Part shown: in pieces, positions 53,458-64,000 of the stretch
Position numbering within the stretch: position 1 is the first letter of the stretch
Layout: each line of letters begins with the position of its first letter
Assembly (NCBI RefSeq): GCF_006345805.1
Contig: NC_042999.1
Coordinates: 28,644,001-28,708,000 of the forward strand
Length of the DNA stretch: 64,000 nt
From: Octopus sinensis
Lineage: Eukaryota
Direction of reading: 5' to 3'
The notes under the pieces: generated by a model
Database searches by the model: none
Told to the model about the DNA's origin: nothing
Seen by the model: only the letters and a program-made list of their open reading frames with translations
Translations under genes and position numbers: made by a program

Positions 53458-53584
53458 GAAATAAGATTAAGATTAATATAAAAAATAAATACATTGAAGC
53501 AAATTAGCACCAAATATATAGTGCGTGTGGTTAAATTGGCAACATGACCATTCCTTAATACAACATTATATATGTATATATATA

Positions 53585-53832
53585 AAATATTATTTGAGAC
53601 AAAACCACTATTTTGCAAAACAAACAAGGAAAGACTTAATCAATACATAAAATTTAATAAATAGTCAAAAAAAATTATTGAATTATTGGAAGTCCACCTG
53701 AAGATTGTCGATCAAGACAAGAAACGATTGTAGTGGCGGTTTTTTTGACTATTTATTAAATTTTATGTATTGATTAAGTCTTTCCTTGTTTGTTTTGCAA
53801 AATAGTGGTTTTGTCTCAAATAATATTTTATA
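53585..53832. repeat. Foldback (~85-bp near-perfect arms) whose loop contains a HHR
   Basis: aaaatattatttgagacaaaaccactattttgc...atagtcaaaaaa (53585-53672) vs ttttttgactat...gttttgtctcaaataatatttt (53740-53830). Confidence 0.9.
53694..53736 (+). ncRNA. Minimal type I hammerhead ribozyme, identical to 43941-43983
   Basis: ccac-CTGAAGA-ttgtc-gatcaa-gacaa-GAAA-cgattg-TA-gtgg; predicted cleavage after A53732. Confidence 0.9.
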
Positions 53833-53914
53833 ATATTTTACTATAAAATTGGATTTAATCCTAAATCTGATTTTTTTTCCTGTAAATTTGGATATATTCC
53901 CTAATATTTATTAT

Positions 53915-54018
<104 letters not shown>

Positions 54019-54937
54019 TGAGAAAGAGATAGAGTGAGAGTGTGTGTGTGGTGGAGAGAGAACAAACAGGCCAACATACAGATAGGTAATAGATAGATAG
54101 ACAGATAGACATATGAGAGTGGTATGTGTGTTCGCATGTATGAGCATTTTGAAGCGCAAACTATCTTAGAACACAGTACATCTGAGACAAGCAAAACCAG
54201 TAGAATTAATACGTAAAGAAAATATCAATACAAATATACCCGGAAGGTGTACACCATTTTAAAGAACTCTGTTTCACAAAATAAAGGAAAAAAACAAATC
54301 GATGATAGATGTTGATTTGTGAATGAATTTTTTAAGGAACGAAATAAGTAAAATATCCCAGAATGAATAACTTGCATAAAACTCAGCATAGCATCAGTGA
54401 TTTTTATACAAAATACATTGTGTTTGTACAATTTTTTCAATACTTTTCGCGAAATATACAACGGTACTTCTAATTGTTATGACGTTAAAAGTCATGTGGT
54501 GGACACGTTTGAAAACGGAGAGAAGAGGCCAGCTTTTATTTCTCCCAAATAACTCCCAAATTTTATTTCTCCCCAATATCTTCCTTAAGTACGAAGAGAA
54601 GTAGGAGGTAACTGCAAATTCTACACGTTCATTAAACTTAAAGAACATGAAAACACACAACCGTTTTTGGCATGTTGGGTGCTTCTATCGGTTTAGAATC
54701 TAGATTGACAAACTTCTCTTTGATGTGCAACAGAAAATTCTGAACTGCCATCTTTTATTATGGCCTCAGGAACTGCGTCTTTAGAGGAACGAAAATATTT
54801 GTTATATTATTTTCTTTAAAGTGTACGGGAAAATATTAAATACCTACTGTTTATCATACACCATTGTAATGTCTGACATCTGTTGTCTTTATGCCAAACA
54901 CGAAAACAGTTTTGTTAATATTTGTGTAATAATAATA

Positions 54938-55048
54938 TTGATGATGACGATGACGACGACGACAACGTCGAAGACGTAATCGACGATAATGACGACGACG
55001 TTGATAACAATGACGATGATGATGATAAGGATTATTATGATTATGATG
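54938..55048. repeat. Degenerate (GAT/GAC)n trinucleotide repeat
   Basis: Directly visible. Confidence 0.85.
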
Positions 55049-57639
55049 GTATTTGGAGATAGAATTAACATCACGAGGGAAAAGTTTATCAGATATACAA
55101 GTCTGATATGTTATCTTCTTCCCATCATGTTTGTAGTCTCTCTATCTCACTTTGGCGATGATACGAAACAAATCTAATGAAAGATTATCATAAAATATGA
55201 GAAAGAGAGAAACACCTCTTGATTAGGGGGTTTTTAAAGGTTTGTGATAATGCGATGAACAAAATGGCTTCCTAGATGTGATGAGTAAGAATAGCTATTA
55301 GTGACATTGAGATGACTTTCAGAAACGAGAACATGCGATGATAAAGATGAAGAGGTGAAATCTAGATCTTTACGATGTGGACAATAAGAAACCATTAAAA
55401 GTAATAGATGCCTAAATACTTGGGATATTAATTATTATTAAGAGTTCTATGAACGAATGCGTTAGCGTGATTTTATAGTCCAAATGCCCACTTCTCTCGA
55501 ACGGATTTGTGCAGTGTCTGCAACAGAATTTCCATATGTGGGATATTTTTACAATTAAATGATTACTTTTAAAATTTTCATTGAGTATTTTGGAAGGTGG
55601 TGAGCTCAAAACAGAGGACGTCTCCTTAAGGTAAAATGGTGCTTTGTGTTGAATATTACTAGGTATGTCTTTCTCAAAAAGTATTAGATAACTTGAATGA
55701 ATTGAAAGACACAGGTCAATCTTATATTGGCGGTCTAATTTTAACCTGTCAAATGATACCCAAATATATGTGTAAAAAGTGTATAAATAAGATATGTGTA
55801 TATTTTCCAACATGTGTAAAAATGCTATTAGTCAAACGGTGCTGGTAATCATTATTGTATTCTGATAGTTTAGAATATTTAAATTTTGTGGACAGTATCC
55901 TATCAAATTTTTACTCCATGTGGGTGCCACACAGGCAATAAACTTTTCCATTAGGATGCAGTATACAGGTATGATTATGTGAAGCTAAATTTTCTATTCC
56001 CACATTGAAAGACTACAGAGACCATGTAATCAAGTTAGATCGTTATCAATTGAATCAACCGTCTGCGAACAGTAGGAGATATAAAAAGATCTATCATTAT
56101 AGAATGGATAGAGTTTATCAAAAGTATTGATAGATAAAACAACAGAAGATACAGAAAGTTTCCTTGAATATCATTACACATAACCGATTTCAGATAGTGT
56201 TTTAGTAACATATAGCACAATAAGGAGAAGCAATATAATCGAGACGATAGACTTGAACCTAGTGACATATTCTACTCCGACTCATGGCAATTGGGTTGAA
56301 GATCTTGTAAAAGTGGATTCAGGTAAAGCAGCTAAGTACCGTCATTAAAATTTTTGAGGGAGATGGATGGCGTTATCGGTGAGATTTCAAGCCATAAATT
56401 TTGCAGATATGCCGGCATAAATTCATAGCAGCAGGTTAGAACCATTCTACGTTCTATGAAATAGTAAGTGGTGGAACTGCCGAGGAAGGACAAGAGCAAT
56501 GGTGACATCATCGATCATTTCACATTCATAACACTGCACAATACAGAGTAATAGACTTTGGTAAAGATGTTGCTAATGATGTAGGTGTTTATGAAATGAA
56601 AATGAAAAGCAGAAGAAAAAGAAGAAATAGTAGAAGAATGAGAAATTAAAAAGGAGAAATCTGCTATAATGAAGATAAATTACAAGATTTATAATATTCT
56701 GATATATCAAATGACGAATATAAGTGGATTAAGAACACTGAAATGAAGAAAGAAATGTTGATAGAAATATCACTAATATTAAGACAACTTGAAAACGATA
56801 GATTATTTCTGCAATTTTAAAAGATAATGATATACTGAAAAATATACAAGATCGTGATATTGTTGAAAACAATAATTTGAATTATTGTGCAGCTACACTT
56901 GTCACAGAAATTCAGTAATGATAAATGAATATGTATTAAATACTAAATTCTTCTCATTTTCATAGATGAAATAAATCAAATAATCAAGAGAAGCACAGGG
57001 AAATTATTAGATAAAGACAGTATATAAAATATGTAAGCACAAATCTTTGCACCACTCATATCCAGGTAGGACATTTCTATACTACTGTTAGTTTTTTCTC
57101 AACGCTTTAATACTGTCGGCAAAGGCTGCATCAAGCTACCGAGGTAGAAACTGAATGCCAGGTTCGTCGCATATTTTCAGATGCATACTTACAGCGTTGT
57201 TAAAAAAAAATGGGAAAAAAGAGTATGTTCACTACTGGAGTGCACTGGCCATAATTTTGTTCAGTCAAATTCTCAAGAAACGAAGTCTTTCTGACTCGCT
57301 GTGCTGCGCCTTCATGACAACAATTGAAGAAGCGTGGCTTTTCACTTATAAAGTCAGCCTAATATCTGACATTAGTAATCCGGAAAGAAAAGTAATAATG
57401 CTTTAATAATGAGTTAACGAAAGTTAGGGCTTTTGAAAGAAATGTACTAAAATGTGGCGCACCCTAACTTCCAGGTATAAACTTTTGACTTTCCTGATTC
57501 AAATTCTTATGGCCGAAGACTAGCATCACGCTTGAAACTCAGAGTGCCAAGGAGTTTCAATGATACCGTTTTATCCACACATACACGCACCCGTACACAC
57601 ATATACACGCAAACACTCACACACACACATATAGTTTGA

Positions 57640-59440
57640 AAGGAAGCTGTTTCTCTGACGAGGGAAGGCTGTTCCTTCGCCATCGTTCTCTTGCTGAGCA
57701 ATTGCCAACTCCAAATTGCATTAAGATATGCGACAAAGGAAGGACCCATCTTTTGACCCTTGGACTACATATTCACTGGATGACAAGTTCACTTCGAGAA
57801 ATCCGATACATGTCGAGGCATGATAAGTTCTTAGCAGAATTCGTCTAGTGGACTGATATGAAAAACGTGAAGATTAAGAAACACTAGCTACAAAGTTAGC
57901 TGATTCCTAAACGAATGCAGTAAGGTTTCGAAGATGATAGGACTGGCAGAGGACACATTTTCGATTTTGTTTTCACCCTCATACTGGGCGATGCAAGTGA
58001 ACGTGAAGAGTAGACTTATCTTCTCAGAGGAGATAGCTTTAAAACCAGCCAGACATTCATTTTCCTGCTCTTTAGGAAAATCAAATACAATAATCTTGGA
58101 CGAATTCGTAGTTCCCTGGGAGAAAAGATTCAATATTTTCTACCTTCTAAAGAAAACCAATAATTAGGACTTGATCGATTAGACCCATATCTTAATAGAT
58201 GTTAATTGATTTCACTCCACATTTAAGTAATCGTCGTGGATTTCCAGTTAGATCAGTGCACTATTTTCTAAAGAAGGCAGGGCTGGTATCTAAAGAAACT
58301 ATCAATGCGAGAGGTACTGAATCTTAAACGAGCTCAAGGCTACTATGGTAGATAAGAGACGTTTAGTGGAGGTATATGAATAGATTTGACCAGGCCTGAT
58401 CTGAACTGGAATACTACCTCAGTTTTCGCTTCCCCATTCAGGTAACGCGTATTGACTAATCTGCTGACAATGCGGATGAGTTTACAAAATTGCGATGGAT
58501 ATTGAAGAGCTTGAAAACACTCTTGCATAGCTCTTGGTTAAACGTATTTCGAAATATATCTTTATGCCCGGTAGAATGTTCAATAGTTGACACATGTCAA
58601 ATACTCATCGATTATGAAGGGCAACAACGTTATTTCGAATGGTGAAGGAGTTTTTATAATAAGAGAGAAGGAGAAAATCATATGTTCTATTTTTGTTTAT
58701 ACTGAGTTCAGATCAGGTCTGGTCAAATCTATTCATATACGATGATTGTACTAATTATTCATGGATAGAATGAGATGCATATAATCATTCAATATGTTCT
58801 CTATTTTTATAAGTGATAAGAGATTTGATGCTATTTCCAACAATTTTTGCAATCACATTGACTGTATTTCACTTCACCATGCACATCATCTATTCTCTTT
58901 CATATCGTATGGTCTTATATAAGTCATAGAACAAGCGGAGATTCACTTAGGTTCATAGGTATTTTTGTGGCAAAAACTGCCTCTCGAGATTTCTTAACCT
59001 GTATAAAGTAATCAAGGGATATGACTGGATGAATGTGTATCATGTGGAAGGTTTTGCAAACAGAGTTGATGCAGGTAGAACGCTATCTTTCATTCATATC
59101 GAACCGGAGCCATCTGGAACCAATCGGAGTCGAATGACGAGATTGGATATAGGGATATATAATACAATGTTGCCACAATTATCGTATATCAATACAATGA
59201 ATAAGGTAAGATCTCACGTAGGATCAATTTTCATAGTAAATAAAAATAAAACTAAAAGGTTTCATGTACGCGCGTCTTTGATCAAATGTGATTCAACCTG
59301 CAGACTAGATAAATGTTTTCATAGGGATGACGGATGCCATAATGTGATGTTAGGGTTGACATTTAATAAAAATACGATTCAGAAGAATAATGCTGGCCCT
59401 ATTCTCGAGATATTTTTGCCTTTGATTAGGAACTAAATCA
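57640..59440 (-). mobile_element. Very decayed RTE-like LINE (APE and RT fragments), interrupted by a MITE
   Basis: Minus-strand pieces RIGPALFF, IDPT*DLTLFIV and TLFAKPST*YTFI (APE-like, 59000-59430) and SKIIVF...ECLAGFK...LLFT (RT-like, 57990-58100). Confidence 0.4.
58372..58740. mobile_element. MITE with 36-bp terminal inverted repeats
   Basis: gtatatgaatagatttgaccaggcctgatctgaact / agttcagatcaggtctggtcaaatctattcatatac (35 of 36 match); TA at both ends could be the TSD. Confidence 0.85.
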
Positions 59441-60615
59441 AACATTGAATTACAAACTACGTTAAGATAGAACTATGCATAGTGTCAAATGTTTTTCTTA
59501 TTTCAAACTGTAATAAATGGAAGAGTTTCGGAGCCCAGTTCATTAATTTTGAATGCAAGGAGGGATGAAATATGACATGGAAGTGACATATGTATATATG
59601 TTAACAGATGCTTTCAGAAAAATATATATTGGTTTACCTCTACTGTATTTTACATTACATGAACATAGTTAACTGTTAATGGGCTTGTAAAAACATATAC
59701 CTAAGATTGTTTACAACGATAAATTATCCCAAATGTATTATAAGTTCACTGCACGAGGTGAATCAAAAGTGATATAAAATGATTCTCTTGAAACTCAAAA
59801 AGATTGTTAAAAGCAGCGAATTTGGAAATTAACCTTAAGAAACAACAGGTATATTGTCTGCAATCGTCATCTATACTTTTTAACTATTCTCAGAAACAAG
59901 TTTTAGCATCATACACCTGAGATGCATAAAGCGGTCTCAAAGTTCTGAAAATTAAATTATATAAGTACGTGTCAAATGAAATGTATGCCCTTGATAAATG
60001 CCAATGGACCTAATGAAATGCTTTATATAGGCTAATTACAAAATAATCTGTCAGCGACGATTCTTCGATCTTCTTCTATAACAAATGGAATTATTACATT
60101 TTATTGTCTACTGTGTACAGTACGTGCCCAAAATTTATCCCATACTTAGTTGCTAAAAACGTATTCTTTATAGTACTGTAGAATACTAGTAATTCAGTTA
60201 CTCGAATTTCATTATAACAATAAAACTTACATTAGTTCATTCATTGAACACACATCAGTATTCTCTTTTCTCAGACAAGATCGAATATTTCAAGTTGTCT
60301 GAATTCCTAATATGTATATCACATCGAGACGGCAGCACAACATATTAGCAGATAACAACGGGATAAGATGTCCTTCACATTTTTCAACGTAAATTAAACT
60401 TGATAAAATGGTAATCAGTTAATTACTTTTATATTAGGTAATTACCTATCTCTGATATCAAATATTGCAAATTCTAAATACTGAATGGCTGTTGGATTAC
60501 AAAAATTTGAATAGTTAGTTAAGGTATCGGTAATCAATAAGCAATCAGTGATAACTCGCTTAATTATCCCCAATTAATCAATCAATCTATCTATCTATCT
60601 CTGTATATATAAATA

Positions 60616-60693
<78 letters not shown>

Positions 60694-61167
60694 ATATGTC
60701 TGTCTGTATGTATGTATGCATGTATGTATGTATGTAAGTATGTATGTATGTTCCTAGAGAACCCATGAAGAGTGAAGAACTGACAATATTGGATGTGTCC
60801 ATAAAATGCCTATAAATGTAAGAATATTTACGTTATATATATATAAAAATCCTCCCCACTGATAGAGCTAAATAACAGTGGGAACTTAGTGATAAAATCT
60901 ACAGACGGAGAATGAATATACGGCCATCATGTTCTTAATGACGAAATTAAGCTCTCTGTCTATATATTTACCCTCTTTGTAATGTTGGCAAATGAAATGA
61001 GTATAAGAATATGCATTGTCCGCTTAATTGAAAAATTCTATATATGGCTAAAGGTTGCTCGACATTTTAAAACTGATGTAATACTTACAGGGTTTAATAA
61101 AATGAAGTAGCATGAAACAATTGTACTACTCTACCTTGGATATCCTTATTTTTATTTTTATTATATA

Positions 61168-61235
<68 letters not shown>

Positions 61236-61240
<5 letters not shown>

Positions 61241-61620
61241 AGGTCCCGGGTTGATTCGGGGTTAACCACAGTAAATAAGGTACTCAATACATAGCAGAGT
61301 AAAATTAATTTATTATATAGAGGGAGCTTCTACAGGACTAGAACTGTTTCATTCAAGAGAAATCTTCAGGAAGCTAGTTAACAAGAATTGTATTGGCATT
61401 TATACATTTAGGCAGGTTTAAAGGGGTGTTGGTGGGGGACTTTTTTGGGGGTAGGCATAGCGCAAAATATCATACTTGGGGGAGTGGTAAAGGAGTCAGT
61501 GTTAAATTAGATAGAAGAATAAATAAAAAAATAAAAAAATAAAAAATAAAAAAAACCTATATATAAAAAAAAGGGGGAATAGAGTTTTAGGTAACTAAGG
61601 AGATTCTCACTTATACCTAT
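61236..61620 (-). mobile_element. pLTR-like element with HHR, ending in (TA)n
   Basis: HHR at 61325-61375 (minus strand), then ~90 nt of tail into (TA)n at 61175-61236. Confidence 0.6.
61325..61375 (-). ncRNA. Type I hammerhead ribozyme
   Basis: Reverse complement agcttc-CTGAAGA-t-ttc-tctt-gaa-t-GAAA-cag-ttctagtc-ctg-TA-gaagct: 6-bp stem I, real stem III, weak stem II with a U.U closing pair. Confidence 0.75.
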
Positions 61621-62414
61621 GCACACATGTATACATACATACACACACATACAAACATATATACATATACATACACACATACATACACACACATATATAT
61701 ACATATATATACACTTACACATACACATACATATACATATCTACACATACACATATATGTATACATACACACACTCACATGCATACACGTATACACACAT
61801 GTATATATACACACACGACCTCACATACATATACGCACAGAAAAATATATATACACATACACACACATACTCACATACACGCATACACACATATCCACAC
61901 ACACACATGCACACACAGCACACTAGTCCCTATTTACACATATATACACATACACACACATATACACACACATACATACATATACATACATGTATATATA
62001 TACATATGTGTACCTATGCATTCCTACACATAAACACATATATATACACATACAAATACAGATCCATTCCCTAATTTTAATTTTATAATCTTCGTTTATT
62101 ACTTTTGTTATCTTTGGCCGCTTGGTCACAAACATCTTGGCTATGACAGCCAGTCCATTTATCTGTCTACTGGAAAACAAGCACTCATTCACTCACGCAC
62201 ACTCTTTAGCACGTACACTCACTCACTCGTACACTCATACACATACACGCACGCAAGCGTTATATTCATACATACATACATCTACATACATTCACGTATC
62301 TACACATACGTACGCGTACCTACAGATTCATGTCTACACTCTTAGAAGGCTAGTCTATATATATACACCAATAAATATAAATACACACACATACATATAC
62401 ACCTACATACAAAT

Positions 62415-62448
<34 letters not shown>

Positions 62449-62777
62449 ATTCACATATATATATACACATATATACACATACACATGTACATGCGTACCC
62501 ATACACACACACACACACACGCGCCCATCCATATATACACATAAGTACACACATGCGTAAAAGTATACATATATCTATGCTTACACATACACACACACAC
62601 ACGCGCCTCCTTATATTCATACTTACATGCGTACTCAAAAAATAAGTAAATAGTAAAATATATATACGCGCAGTTATTCGTACATGCATACTCAAAAAAT
62701 AAATAATAAATATTAAGTATATGTACGTGCAGTTACCTATTATATAGACGGATACATACATACAAACTTACACACAC

Positions 62778-62854
<77 letters not shown>

Positions 62855-63331
62855 CATATATACACATACACATACACATACACATATACATACATATATA
62901 CACACACACACATACACATACATATATACATATATATACATACTTACACACATGTACATATAAAAACACACATAGATAACTCTACGTACCTACATATGCA
63001 TAAACACACGAGCGTACGCGCATATGTACATATACACATACACATACACACGCATATATATACATACATACATACACATACACACATGTATACACACACA
63101 CACATATACACATATATATACATACACATATACATACATATATATATATACATATATATATACACATATACATATACATATACACATACACACACATATA
63201 TACATGTGTGCAAACATACATACATTCTCATACAAGCAGACACACTTACATTTACATATATACACACACTTACACACATATATACATACACATATACATA
63301 CATACATACATACATACGTATATGCATACAT

Positions 63332-63366
<35 letters not shown>

Positions 63367-63747
63367 CATATATACATACACATACACATACCCATATATA
63401 TATATACACACATATACATATACACATGCACATACTTATATCTCTACATACTCGCATATACATATATATATATATATATATACATATACACACACATACA
63501 TATACCTATATACATGTATATATACACACATACATATATATACACATCTACAATTTGTATCTACACTCACATACCTGCACATACACATAACTCTACATAC
63601 CTACATATACATCGACATACTCGCGTACAATCATATATGTACACATATATACATATACACACACACATACATATACATATACATATACATACATATATAT
63701 AAACATACACATACATAATACACATATACACACACATACATATATGC

Positions 63748-63817
<70 letters not shown>

Positions 63818-63900
63818 CATACATACATACATACATACACATATACATACATGTACATATACACATACACCCACATATATATACACACACATACATATAT
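61620..63900. repeat. ~2.3-kb mosaic (CA)/(TA) low-complexity tract
   Basis: Directly visible; source of all the long HIYT/VCMY ORFs. Confidence 0.95.
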
Positions 63901-64000
63901 CAACAATTGAGGGTAAATTTATTAGTTATTAATCAATTTCACCAAGTATTCAGTATGTAAAAGGACCATTATTTTTATGAGTAAACAATGTCTGAGGGAA

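Larger units (their letters stand above)
52973..53568. mobile_element. Foldback of two pLTR-like arms (~240 bp each), each with a HHR-like motif
   Basis: 52973-53212 is the imperfect reverse complement of ~53338-53568; the outer end also occurs at 45021-45072. Confidence 0.8.

Noticed and set aside
59029-59436. 135-aa plus-strand ORF
   Set aside because: No recognisable motif; better explained as the antisense of a decayed LINE endonuclease.
61507-63906. Long ORFs up to 240 aa (HIYT/VCMY-rich)
   Set aside because: Translations of CA/TA microsatellite that lack stop codons; the same applies to the YIYI ORFs throughout the window.

Overview
AT-rich eukaryotic DNA with no confidently identifiable host gene. 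It is dominated by (TA)n/(CA)n/(ATT)n/(GATA)n microsatellites and decayed transposons, and its SINE/microsatellite make-up suggests an octopod cephalopod (inference). Almost all ORF-track entries are microsatellite artefacts. The clearest structure is a near-perfect ~3.1-kb palindrome (24516-27607) of two head-to-head 5'-truncated Penelope-like element (PLE) ends. Each arm has a GIY-YIG endonuclease region (intact 252-aa ORF only in the right arm, no RT) and a type I hammerhead ribozyme (HHR), and the whole sits inside an older inverted pair that also begins with a HHR 3' half. Further intact or decayed HHR motifs lie in short non-coding elements embedded in (TA)n (about 11.4, 43.9, 53.1-53.7 and 61.3 kb), several as foldbacks. 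Also present: two mariner relics (one carrying a Helitron), a long-TIR MITE with an 8-bp TSD and a telomere-like core, tandem ORF1-only L1/Tx1-like units, RTE, R4/Dong and PLE RT fragments, many SINEs, and one speculative Cys-loop-receptor-like pseudogene. All calls were made by eye; boundaries of decayed repeats are approximate.
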